The notes: generated by a model from the letters alone, not told the origin. A stretch of DNA of 32,000 bases from an archaeon (GCA_024277355.1 JAJRVL010000002.1:30001-62000); one strand, 5' to 3'; positions 22,605 through 31,863 are shown, numbered from the stretch's first letter. Translations and numbers: made by a program.

Positions 22605-23750
22605 TTGAATAAGAGTTTTTTTATGTCTTCAAAAAAAATGTTTCTTCCAAAAAAACCAATGATTTTAGCGGTTATTGCTCTTTTAGCTTTAATTATTTTT
22701 TCTGCTTTTTTTAGTATTCAGTCAATGAATAATGAATTAACTGAAAAAGAAAACAATTCTTTGGAAGAAAATTCTTTAAAAGACAATAATGAAATTAATA
22801 ATGCACTTCCTTTTGTTAAAATACTTTTAGTTAAAAATAACTGTGAAGACTGCTTTGATATTGATTTAATGGCGCAGCAAATTTATTCTTTTGATATCAA
22901 TGTTTTGTAAGTAAAAACAATTAATGCTGATTCAGAAGAAGGAATAAATTTAATTAAAATGCATGATTTGAATACTTTGCCCGCAATTATTATTAATGGT
23001 GAATTCAAAGGAACTGACTTAGAAACCCAATGGAAAACAATTGGTGAAGAAAAAAACGGAGTATTAATTGCAAGCAGGCCTCCTTATTATTCTTTAGAAG
23101 AAAAAAGAGTTAAAGGAAAAGTTGATTTATTATTAATAAAAAATTCTTCTTGTAAAGACTGCATTGACCTGAATTTTTTTGCTGACGACTTAAGAGAATT
23201 AGGCATTATAATTGAAAATGAAAGAACAATTGAATTTGATTCAGAAGAAGGACAATCTCAGATTGAATTTTATTTTATTGACAGAGTTCCTGTGGTTCTT
23301 TTAACCAGTGAAATTGGAGAGTATTCTTTTTTGAAACCTTTATGGAGCCAGATAGGAATAATTGCTCCTGATGGAAGTTATATTTACACTGAAGCTGTTC
23401 CTTTTTTTGATTTATTTTCAGAAGAAACTAAAGGGTTAGTTGAAGTAACAAGATTAATTGATGCAAATTGTTCTGATTGTGTTGATGTAAATGCAATTGT
23501 TTCTCCTTTAACTAAAATGGGCTTAAAAATAATCAAAGAAGAAACCTTTGATGTTTCATCTGAAAAAGGAAAAGAATTAATTGAAAAATATTCTATTACT
23601 AAAATTCCCACAATAATTGTTTCAGAGGAAGCTGAAGAATACACTGAATTTTTTGTTGTCTGGCCTAAAGTAGGAACAAAAGAAGAAGATGGATTTTTTG
23701 TTTTCAGAAATCTTGAAGTTTTAGGAAGCAATTTTATTACTTTAAAGTAA
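22605..23750 (+). pseudogene. Membrane-anchored protein with three thioredoxin-like CxDC repeats, interrupted by one in-frame TAA (22908-22910)
   Basis: Track ORFs 22605..22910 and 22959..23750 are in the same frame, separated only by a TAA. The repeats (~105 aa each) carry NCEDC, SCKDC and NCSDC plus a cis-Pro-like (L/V/I)P(A/V/T)(I/V) element. The stop falls inside repeat 1 (INVL*VKTINADSEEG, compare IIIENERTIEFDSEEG and LKIIKEETFDVSSEKG). The likely real start is the ATG at 22623. Confidence 0.65.
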
Positions 23751-24965
23751 TTTTTCTAAAACTAATTCAGTTTCTCCATTAAATGAATTATTTTTTGCTT
23801 TTGCCAGAAAACTTATTTCTTTGCCTTTTATTGCTTCATTTAATTCAGTTATTATTTCTTCCAGGATTATTTCATTTGTTTTTTCTTCTATTTCTTTTGT
23901 TGTTTTTTCTAATATTTTTTCTGCTTTTTTTCCGTAAACCATTGTATTAATTAAAGCAGTTTCATCTTCTAATTCAAATGAAACAACCAGTCTTTTTTCT
24001 GGTTTTAATATTTGTCCGCAAGTTTTGCAGAAAAAAGTATTATTTTCTTCCTGAATGCTTTTTCCGCATTCAGGACAAACATTAAACAATAATTTTGTTT
24101 TGTTTAATGAATTAATTTTTCCTTCTGCTATAAATCTGTTTCCTTCAATTACTTTGTTTAATTCTTTTTTCCCAAAAAAATTAATGCAATATTCTTTTAG
24201 TTTTCCTTCTTCTAATTCTTTTATTTCAGTGTTGTCTGTTGAATGTAATTCTAATTCATTTAATCCTTTTCTTGCATTAACATTGCTTATTTTAATTATT
24301 TTTTCTGATAATTTTTCTCTTGCTTTTTCATTCCATAAAACAAGCATAATGCTTTTGTTTTCGTCAATTAATTCAATTCTTTTAAGCATTCCTTTTCTTC
24401 CTTTTGATTCAAATTCCTTTAAAGGAAATTCTCTCAAAATCATTGCTTTAATTGTAAGATTTCTTTCTCCGTCAATTATTTCATTTATTTTTTTTATTTC
24501 TTTTGTTTTTTGATTTTCTTTTAAATTAAATTTTCCATTAAATCTTTTATTTAATTGTTTTTTTCCATTAAATTCTTCAACAAAAAATTCAGTTAATTCA
24601 ATTTTTTTTCCTGAATCTTTTTCTAATATTTTTTCTGTGTCTTCATTCCATAAAACAAGATATGCGGTTCCAGTATTATCTTTTATTAATATATTTTTCA
24701 CTTTGCCTTTTTTTCCTTTTGATTCAAATTCTCTTTCAGGATAAACTGAAATAATTTCGCCTTTAACATTAACTGTCTGGCCTTTTTTTAATTCAGATAA
24801 AACAGTGTCTTTTTCTTCTATTTCTATTCCTTGTTCTCTTGCAATCAAGAATAATGCTGCTTCTTTATTTAGCATTCCTGAAAACTTTTCTGTTTTTTCT
24901 TTGACTTTTTCTTCTAATTCTTCTTCACTTAATTGTTCAAGGATTTTTTCTTTTAATTGATTCAT
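23742..24965 (-). CDS. Replication protein A-like ssDNA-binding protein (OB folds + zinc ribbon)
   Basis: 407 aa with repeated OB-fold signatures (REFESKGKKGKVKNILIKDNTGTAYLVLWNE; KEFESKGRKGMLKRIELIDENKSIMLVLWNE) and CPECGKS..FFCKTCGQ. Confidence 0.8.
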   Translation of the reverse strand: MNQLKEKILEQLSEEELEEKVKEKTEKFSGMLNKEAALFLIAREQGIEIEEKDTVLSELKKGQTVNVKGEIISVYPEREFESKGKKGKVKNILIKDNTGTAYLVLWNEDTEKILEKDSGKKIELTEFFVEEFNGKKQLNKRFNGKFNLKENQKTKEIKKINEIIDGERNLTIKAMILREFPLKEFESKGRKGMLKRIELIDENKSIMLVLWNEKAREKLSEKIIKISNVNARKGLNELELHSTDNTEIKELEEGKLKEYCINFFGKKELNKVIEGNRFIAEGKINSLNKTKLLFNVCPECGKSIQEENNTFFCKTCGQILKPEKRLVVSFELEDETALINTMVYGKKAEKILEKTTKEIEEKTNEIILEEIITELNEAIKGKEISFLAKAKNNSFNGETELVLEKLL

Positions 24966-25018
24966 TAAAGAAAAGATTCTGGAAACCTTTTATTAACACT
25001 TTTATTTTTCTTTATTTA

Positions 25019-25669
25019 ATGCCTTTGATTAAATTTAATGAAAATGTTTTTATGCTTAAAACAAGTGATTATTCTTGTAATTCTTTTCTAATTAAAGCAG
25101 AAAAAAATGTTTTAATTGATTCAGGTTTAGTTTCAGCAGTTCCAGAGCATATTGAAATGCTTAATTCAATTAATTTAAAGCCTGAAGATATTGATTTAGT
25201 TTTGCATACTCATGGTCATTGGGATCATTTTCAGGCAGACAAAATTTATGTTAATGCAATAAAATTTATGAGTGAATTTGATGCAAAACATTTAATTGAA
25301 GAAAACCCTGAAATAACAAGAACAAAAGAAAATCATTTTTATCCCAAAATTGATGGTTTTTTTGAAGAAAATGAAGTCATTGAATTAAATCCATTTAAAT
25401 TAAAAGTAATTTTTACTTCAGGGCACACTCAAGGAGGAGTCTGTTTTTATGAAGAAAAACAAAAATGGCTGTTTTCAGGGGACACTTTGTTTGCTGAAAC
25501 AATCGGCAGAACTGATTTGCCTACTGGTTCTTTTGACGAAATAAAATCTTCAATTCAAAAACTTTCAGAATTAGAAATAAAATATCTTTTTTCCGGCCAC
25601 GGAAGAATTGTTTCGGGTTTAACTGAAAACAAAGAGAATTTTAAGTTTATCTTTAAAGCTTTCTTTTAA
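25019..25669 (+). CDS. MBL-fold metallo-hydrolase
   Basis: 216 aa with HTHGHWDH (HxHxDH), SGHTQGG, and GDTLF..GRTD. Confidence 0.85.
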   Translation: MPLIKFNENVFMLKTSDYSCNSFLIKAEKNVLIDSGLVSAVPEHIEMLNSINLKPEDIDLVLHTHGHWDHFQADKIYVNAIKFMSEFDAKHLIEENPEITRTKENHFYPKIDGFFEENEVIELNPFKLKVIFTSGHTQGGVCFYEEKQKWLFSGDTLFAETIGRTDLPTGSFDEIKSSIQKLSELEIKYLFSGHGRIVSGLTENKENFKFIFKAFF

Positions 25670-25701
25670 ATACTTTTTATACTCATTTTTTAGAGTGATT
25701 T

Positions 25702-26493
25702 TTGATGTTTGATAATCATTTTGGTAAAACTTATAATTTTATTTTAAGTAAAATTAAAGAAAAAAAAGGATTAGTTTTTTTGGTTATTGATCCGCCTGAT
25801 CAGACTCCTGAAGAAGCTGGATTGCTTGCAGAATTAGCTGAAAAAGCAGGAATTTCAGCTTTTGCTGTTGGGGGTTCAATTGGAGCTCAGGGTTCAATGT
25901 TAGATAAAACAATTAAGGCAATTAAATTAAATTCTTCTTTGCCTGTAATTTTGTTTCCTGGGGATATTGCTACTTTAAGTCCTAAAGCTGATGCAGCTTA
26001 TTTTATGTCAATGCTTAATTCAAGGGATCCTTATTTTATTTCTGGAGCGCAGATGGCTTCTTCTATTCCTATAAAAAAAATGAAGTTAGAAACTATTCCT
26101 ACTTCTTATTTAGTATTTGAACCAGGAAAAGCTGTTGGATGGGTTGGACAGGCTAATTTAATTCCAAGAGATGTGTCGTATATTGGTGCAGCTGCTGCTT
26201 TAGCAGGCCAATTTATGGGGTCTCATTTAGTTATTTTAGAGTCTGGTTCTGGTGCAGAAAGCTGTGTTCCAGCTAAAAACATTGAAATTATTGCTAAAAC
26301 AATCAATATTCCAATTATTGTTGCTGGAGGAGTTAAAACTCCTAAAATGGCTTTTGACTGCATTAATGCAGGAGCTTCAATTGTTCATGTGGGGACAGCA
26401 GTGGATAATGTTTCAGCTAATAAAGATAAAGCATTAAAATTAATGAAAGAATTTGTTGTTTCAGCAGAAAAAGCAGGCAAAAGCAGAAAATAA
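25702..26493 (+). CDS. Geranylgeranylglyceryl phosphate synthase (PcrB/GGGPS family)
   Basis: 263 aa with VIDPPDQ, AVGGS, ILFPGD, MLNSRDPYFI, ILESGSGA and IVAGGVKT blocks typical of GGGPS. The start is TTG at 25702 or ATG at 25705. Confidence 0.85.
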   Translation: MMFDNHFGKTYNFILSKIKEKKGLVFLVIDPPDQTPEEAGLLAELAEKAGISAFAVGGSIGAQGSMLDKTIKAIKLNSSLPVILFPGDIATLSPKADAAYFMSMLNSRDPYFISGAQMASSIPIKKMKLETIPTSYLVFEPGKAVGWVGQANLIPRDVSYIGAAAALAGQFMGSHLVILESGSGAESCVPAKNIEIIAKTINIPIIVAGGVKTPKMAFDCINAGASIVHVGTAVDNVSANKDKALKLMKEFVVSAEKAGKSRK

Positions 26494-26654
26494 TTATTTA
26501 ATTAATTTTTTTGTATTTTTTAAAGTATTATTTTTTATTTTTTTTATAGTTTTTTTCTTTTTATTTTTTTGTTGCTGTTTAATTTTTTTAGTTATTATTT
26601 TTATTATTAATTATTTTTGTTTATTTTTTTTTGTATTTCTTTTTTTGCTATTTC

Positions 26655-27518
26655 TTATATTGTTTCTTTTATGGCTTGTTCAGTTGAATATTTTGGAAGC
26701 CAACCTAAATTTCTTATTTTTTCTGTGGAATAATTTCTTTCTCTGATTAATCTGTTAATATATTCTTGTCTTAGCAAAGGATTTCTGCTGAAAAAAGCAT
26801 AAATTTTAGCTAAAAATACTGGAACAACCCGAATTTTTTTTTCTATTCCTAAAGCTTTCTGAATTAAAATATAAATTCCAACTAATTTTTTCCCTTTTTC
26901 TTCTGCTATAATTAAAGTTTCATTTTCTGTTTCTTTGTTGTCTAAACAAAAAATTATTAATGAAATTAAATCCTTGTAATACACAATCTGAAAACTATTG
27001 TTTCCTTTTCCAATTAAAGGAAAACCTTTTTTAACTAAATTAATTATTTGCTTCCAGTATTTGTTTGGCCCTAAAACCAAAGCACTTCTAATAATTGTAA
27101 TTGGAAGTATTTCTTGGAATTCATTTACTTTTTGTTCTGCTTCAGCTTTAGTTTTTTCGTAATTTGTTTTTGGATTAATTGAAGTTAATTCATTTGCTTG
27201 TTTTGTTATGTCTCCCATTACTCCAACTGTACTTAAATAAATAAATTTTTTTATTTTAAATTTAATGCATTTTTCTAATAGTAATTCTGTTCCTTCAACG
27301 TTTACTTCTCTCATTAAATCTAAATTTTCTCTTTCATCTATTACTGCTGCTAAATGAATTACAGTTTCAACTCCTTTTAATGCATTTAAATCTGTTTCTT
27401 TAAGCAAATTAACTCCTTTGCTTAAATCAAATTCAATGACTGTGTGCTTTAATTTCTTTAGTTCTTTAACTAATTCTTTTCCAATAAATCCATCTGAACC
27501 AGTAACTAAAATTTTCAT
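26655..27518 (-). CDS. NAD-dependent epimerase/dehydratase family protein
   Basis: 287 aa with an N-terminal Rossmann motif (MKILVTGSDGFIGKEL) and IHLAA. Specificity is unknown. Confidence 0.8.
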   Translation of the reverse strand: MKILVTGSDGFIGKELVKELKKLKHTVIEFDLSKGVNLLKETDLNALKGVETVIHLAAVIDERENLDLMREVNVEGTELLLEKCIKFKIKKFIYLSTVGVMGDITKQANELTSINPKTNYEKTKAEAEQKVNEFQEILPITIIRSALVLGPNKYWKQIINLVKKGFPLIGKGNNSFQIVYYKDLISLIIFCLDNKETENETLIIAEEKGKKLVGIYILIQKALGIEKKIRVVPVFLAKIYAFFSRNPLLRQEYINRLIRERNYSTEKIRNLGWLPKYSTEQAIKETI

Positions 27519-27628
27519 TTCAAACCCTTTAAATTAAGTGAAAAGCAGTTATTAATTTTACTGCTTTAATTCTTTATTATTTTGTGTTTTATCTGAATTT
27601 ATATTAATTTTTGTTTCTTATTATATTT

Positions 27629-28690
27629 ATGGAAGAAAAATTAATTGAAATTGACGGCAGAGCCGGAGGACAGTCGTTAAGGACAGCTTTATCTTTATCT
27701 GCTTTATTAAATAAACCAACTTTAGTTTTTAATATTCGTGCCAACAGACCTAAACCAGGTTTAGCTCAACAGCATTTAACTGGATTAAATACTTTAACTA
27801 AAATTTCTAAAGCAAAAACCAAAGGAAATTTCCTTGGATCAAAAAAAATAGTTTTTTTTCCTAAAAAAATAAAAGAAGGAAATTATGCAGTTAACATTGG
27901 AACCGCAGGTTCAATTCCTTTGCTTTTGCAGACTTTAACTTTGCCTTTAACTTTTTCTGAAAAAAAATCTTCTTTCAGAATTTTTGGAGGAACAGATGTT
28001 CCTTTTTCTCCCCCGTTTAATTATTCAAAAGAAGTTTTTTTTCCTTTTCTTTCAAAAATGGGAGCTAAATTTTCTTTAAATTTAAAAAGAAGAGGATACT
28101 ATCCTGAAGGAAACGGTTTAATTGTGTTTTCAAACAATGAATCAAAGCTTCCTTTAAAACCTTTTTATAAAGTTGAACAAGATAAATTAGATTTTATTAA
28201 AATTATTTCTCATTCAACCGGCTACCCAAAAGAAGTTTAATCTAACTTAAATTCTGCTGCAAAAAAAAATTTAAATGAAAAAATTAATGTGCATTTAGAT
28301 GAAGTAATTGAATTTAATGATTCAATTGAATTAAAGGGAGCTGGAATAAATTTAATTGCTGTATTTAAAGACAAAACAAGAATTGGAGTAAATGCGTTGC
28401 AGGAAAAAAACAGAAAACCGGAAAAAACTGCTTTAATTGCAGTTGAAAGATTACTAAAGCAAATTAACTCAAATAAACCAGTTGATGAACATTTATCTGA
28501 TCAATTAATTCCTTTTATGGCTTTAGCTAAAGGTCATTCAACTTTTGAAACATCTTTTTTAACTCAGCATACTTTAAATAATATTCTTGTAACAGAAAAA
28601 TTTCTGGAAGTAAAATTTGAAGTTAAAGGAAAAATAAATGAATCCGCTGAAATTTCAGTTGAAGGAATTGGTTTTAATGGAATTAAATAA
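27629..28690 (+). pseudogene. rtcA: RNA 3'-terminal phosphate cyclase interrupted by one in-frame TAA (28238-28240)
   Basis: The first part has GGQSLRTALSLSALLNKP, RPKPGLAQQHLTG, GTAGSIPLLLQTL and GGTDVPFSPP. After ..GYPKEV-TAA the same frame continues with no further stop through EHLSDQLIPFMALA and TQHTLNNI, the region that holds the catalytic His in RtcA. Combined length is ~353 codons, matching the family. The second part has only a GTG and no SD. Confidence 0.8.
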
Positions 28691-28856
28691 AAAAATAAAA
28701 ATTCTTGTTGTAATTCTTTCATTGCTTTTAATAATTATTTTTTTTCTTGCAATTTTAGGTTTCACTGACATTATTAATTTTTGGATTGCAGTAGTTTTAG
28801 TTGGAGTTTTTGCTTTTTTTGTTTTGCCTAAATTAAATAAAAAGATTAATCATTAA
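28638..28856 (+). CDS. Hypothetical small 2-TM protein (start 28638 or 28677)
   Basis: It has two hydrophobic helices (ILVVILSLLLIIIFFLAILG; IAVVLVGVFAFFVL). It overlaps the rtcA 3' end and converges on the peptidase gene. Support is weak. Confidence 0.3.
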   Translation: MNPLKFQLKELVLMELNKKIKILVVILSLLLIIIFFLAILGFTDIINFWIAVVLVGVFAFFVLPKLNKKINH

Positions 28857-29672
28857 TTCAGGGAATGCAAGATTAATTAACACTCCAATAAAAATAAACG
28901 GGCCAAATTTAGGTAAATTCCTGTAAACAAATAATTCTTTTATTCCTGTTTTTTCTAATTCTTTTTTTTCTTTTTCTTCTATTACTCCTTTAAACCCTAA
29001 ATTTAATTGTTTTATTGTTTTTTTGTCAGTAAACTCAAATGCAATTAATTCATCTTCTTCCATGTCTTTAACCTGAATTTTTTTTAAGAAAAAGTTTTTT
29101 TTAATTCCTTTTTCTAATGCAACAAAAACCAGTGAAATGCTTAAAGGAAAAAACAAAACTAAAATTAGTTTTTCTAATCCAGCAGAATAAATCATAAAAA
29201 AATAAAATGCAATTAATATTCCCAACCCTGAAGCTTTTTTTATTCCTTCAGAATTTTCTTTTAAGTCAATTCCTTTTCTTGCATACTTTAAAACATAATA
29301 AGTCCCATAAAAAATCAATGAAGTAATTCCGGCCCAGATTAAAATATTTAAAACAAAAATATTCAAAGGAAAAATTCCGTTTTCAAAAGGCAAAAGTAAA
29401 GCAATTCCTGTGAATAGTTTTACATCCCCTCCTCCAATTTTGCCTAACCAATACATTCCATAACCTAATACAAAAACAAGTATTCCAACTGAAAATAATT
29501 CCATGAATTTTTCAATTGAAATTTCCTGTACAAACTCAAATAAATTCAAGAAAATTCCTATTGCAATCATTGGATAAGTTATTTTATCAAAAATATATCC
29601 TGTTTTAAAATCAGTGTAAGCAGCAATTAAGCTTCCAATTAAAATCACTGCTTGTTTTAACAATAAAATCAT
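28833..29672 (-). CDS. Archaeal type IV prepilin/preflagellin peptidase (A24 family)
   Basis: 279 aa, polytopic. The two catalytic Asp motifs are AAYTDFKTGYIFD and IGGGDVKLFTG (GxGD). Confidence 0.85.
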   Translation of the reverse strand: MILLLKQAVILIGSLIAAYTDFKTGYIFDKITYPMIAIGIFLNLFEFVQEISIEKFMELFSVGILVFVLGYGMYWLGKIGGGDVKLFTGIALLLPFENGIFPLNIFVLNILIWAGITSLIFYGTYYVLKYARKGIDLKENSEGIKKASGLGILIAFYFFMIYSAGLEKLILVLFFPLSISLVFVALEKGIKKNFFLKKIQVKDMEEDELIAFEFTDKKTIKQLNLGFKGVIEEKEKKELEKTGIKELFVYRNLPKFGPFIFIGVLINLAFPELMINLFI

Positions 29673-29721
29673 TTTTTCACCTAAGCAAGTATTATTAAGT
29701 GGTTTAATTTAATAATTCTTT

Positions 29722-29937
29722 ATGCCTATTCAAAGACGCGCAGGAAAAACTGCTTTTAAATCATTAACTAAATGGAATTTGGAGCCTAAAAGCAAAAGAA
29801 ATAACAAAATATTAATTAATCTTTTAACAGGTAAAAAAATAACTAAACAACTTCATTTTATAAATAAAGCAAGAAGGTTTGGTTTAACTGTTTCAGAAGC
29901 AAATGCTTTATGGAAAAAATATTTTTCAGTTAAATAA
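29722..29937 (+). CDS. Hypothetical small basic protein
   Basis: 71-aa Lys/Arg-rich ORF. No family recognised. Confidence 0.35.
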   Translation: MPIQRRAGKTAFKSLTKWNLEPKSKRNNKILINLLTGKKITKQLHFINKARRFGLTVSEANALWKKYFSVK

Positions 29938-29938
29938 A

Positions 29939-30463
29939 TTATTCATAAAATTCTTTGCTTATAATTTTAATTAAAGCCATTAAAACAGCTAATTCAGTAA
30001 AGTCAGTTCTAGTGATTTTTCCTTTAGTTAATTCTCCTACTGCTCCGCCTTTTTTTCCCATGTCTTTTTCTTTGTTAAACAATTTAGCAAAAGCAGTATT
30101 TACATCGTCTTGTCCTTTAATTAATAATTCAACTGCTTTTTCAGGGTATTCAAATAGCGGACTTGAACCATAAAAATAATTTTTGCCGTCAAAAATCACT
30201 GCAATAGTTGATTCAACAAAACCTGAATTAAAAGGAAAACTCATTAACCCTGATTCAATTCCAACAGAATACTTACAGTCAATAAAACTTTTTTTTGCAC
30301 GATTTTTTGCTCCTAAAATTATTTCTTTTAAATTCAATGGCTGTTCTCTTACATTAGAATTAGTTTTAATTCCTTTGACCTTAATTTCTTTAAAGTATTT
30401 GCAGAAAGCTTTTTTTACTGCATTAACTTTAACTGGATTTTCTGAACCAATGTTAACTTTCAT
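29939..30463 (-). CDS. Inosine/xanthosine triphosphatase-like NTPase (YjjX/DUF84 family)
   Basis: 174 aa. N-terminus MKVNIGSENPVKVNAVKKAF and GIESG follow the YjjX-type pattern. Confidence 0.75.
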   Translation of the reverse strand: MKVNIGSENPVKVNAVKKAFCKYFKEIKVKGIKTNSNVREQPLNLKEIILGAKNRAKKSFIDCKYSVGIESGLMSFPFNSGFVESTIAVIFDGKNYFYGSSPLFEYPEKAVELLIKGQDDVNTAFAKLFNKEKDMGKKGGAVGELTKGKITRTDFTELAVLMALIKIISKEFYE

Positions 30464-30467
30464 TTAA

Positions 30468-31820
30468 TTACCTGAATTTAATTTTTTTTTGTTTACTAAA
30501 TTTTTTCATTAATTTTTCCATTGCGCCTTTTTTTTGTAATGCTTCAGGGTCATTAAATTTTCTCATCTGCTTAAACATTTTTTTCATTTTTTTGTAGTGT
30601 TTAATTAATTCTCTTACGTCTTCTTCTTTTTTTCCTGAACCTTTTGCTATTCTTATAATTCTTGAATGATTTAATAATTCTGGTTCAAGTTTTTCTTTTT
30701 TTGTCATTGAATCCATTATTACTTTGAATCCATCTAATTTTCCTTCGCCTAATTCCATTTGTTCTTTTGGAATTTGTTTTCCCATTCCCATCATATCCAT
30801 TACTTTGTTTAATGGACCCATTTTTCTTGCAGCTTTTAATTGTTTATAAAATACATCTAAATTAAATTCTTTTTTCATTAATTCTTCTAAATCAATTTCT
30901 TCGTCTTCTGATGCTTCTTTTACTTTTTCTAATAATCCCTGTAAGTCTCCATAACCCATTATTCTGCTTAAATATCTGACTGAATCAAATTCTTCTAAGT
31001 CATTCATTTTTTCTCCTGTCCCAATAAAATAAACAGGAGCTTTAGTCAAAGAACAGGCAATTAATGTTCCTCCTCCTTTAGCTGAACCATCCATTTTTGT
31101 AATTATAACACCTGTTACTCCAACTGATTCATGAAATGCTTTTGCTTGTTTTCCTGCAATCTGTCCGATATCTGCGCCTAACACCAGCAAAGTTAAATCA
31201 GGTTTTAATTCAGAGTTAACTTCTTTTATTTCTTTAATTAATTCTTCATCTAATGCACTTCTTCCTGCTGAATCAACTATAATTAAATCGTAATTCTTGA
31301 ATTTTTCTATTCCTTTTTTGACTACTTTTGCTGCATTTTTTTCGTTTTGAATTCCAAAAAATTCAACGTCAATTTTTTCTGATAATTGTTTTAATTGTTC
31401 AAATGCTGCAGGACGAAAAACATCAGCACAAATTAAGCCGACTTTTTTTCCTCTTTTAGAATAATATTTTGCTAGTTTTCCTGTTGTAGTTGTTTTTCCT
31501 GCTCCAAATAATCCAACCATTAAAATTCGTTTAGGTTCAATTAATTTTGTCTTTTCTCCGCCTAAAGCTTTAGCTAAAATATCATAAGTATTTTTTGTAA
31601 TAAATTCTCTTCTGTTAATTCCTGATGGAAGATCTTTGAATGCTTCTTCTTCAATTTGTTTTGTTAATTTTAATACTAATTCAATTTGTACATCAGATGA
31701 AATTAAAGCTCTTTGAATTTCTTTTGTTACTTCTTTTACTGTATCTTTATCTAATGAACTGGAATTACGTATTTTTTCCATTGCATTTCTTAGTTTTTCG
31801 CCTAAACTCATTTTTCTCAC
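30468..31820 (-). CDS. srp54: Signal recognition particle protein SRP54
   Basis: 450 aa with GLFGAGKTTTTGKLA, DSAGR, TKMDGSAKGGG and a Met-rich C-terminal M domain. Confidence 0.95.
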   Translation of the reverse strand: MRKMSLGEKLRNAMEKIRNSSSLDKDTVKEVTKEIQRALISSDVQIELVLKLTKQIEEEAFKDLPSGINRREFITKNTYDILAKALGGEKTKLIEPKRILMVGLFGAGKTTTTGKLAKYYSKRGKKVGLICADVFRPAAFEQLKQLSEKIDVEFFGIQNEKNAAKVVKKGIEKFKNYDLIIVDSAGRSALDEELIKEIKEVNSELKPDLTLLVLGADIGQIAGKQAKAFHESVGVTGVIITKMDGSAKGGGTLIACSLTKAPVYFIGTGEKMNDLEEFDSVRYLSRIMGYGDLQGLLEKVKEASEDEEIDLEELMKKEFNLDVFYKQLKAARKMGPLNKVMDMMGMGKQIPKEQMELGEGKLDGFKVIMDSMTKKEKLEPELLNHSRIIRIAKGSGKKEEDVRELIKHYKKMKKMFKQMRKFNDPEALQKKGAMEKLMKKFSKQKKIKFR

Positions 31821-31863
31821 TTAAAATAGAATTCTGTTAAGAAAATTAATTAAAATAAGGCTT

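Noticed and set aside
486-24513. Long antisense or overlapping track ORFs (e.g. 486..797-, 1840..2334-, 3310..4377+, 7578..8840+, 9743..10072+, 11768..12073+, 13482..13859+, 19369..19812+, 20621..20971+, 23384..23731-, 24055..24513+)
   Set aside because: They lie opposite strongly supported genes. Their products are F/L/S/I/K-rich low-complexity sequences typical of shadow frames in AT-rich DNA. They lack SD sites.
26453-26746. 97-aa Phe-rich ORF in the T-rich spacer between the GGGPS and epimerase genes
   Set aside because: Its translation is essentially poly-F/L from oligo-T DNA. The region (26494-26654) is better explained as a T-rich convergent terminator spacer.
27542-27567. Inverted repeat AAAGCAGT-N10-ACTGCTTT between the epimerase and rtcA genes as an operator
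   Set aside because: It is a single 8-bp repeat with no second copy and no linked regulator. It may be a chance or structural element.
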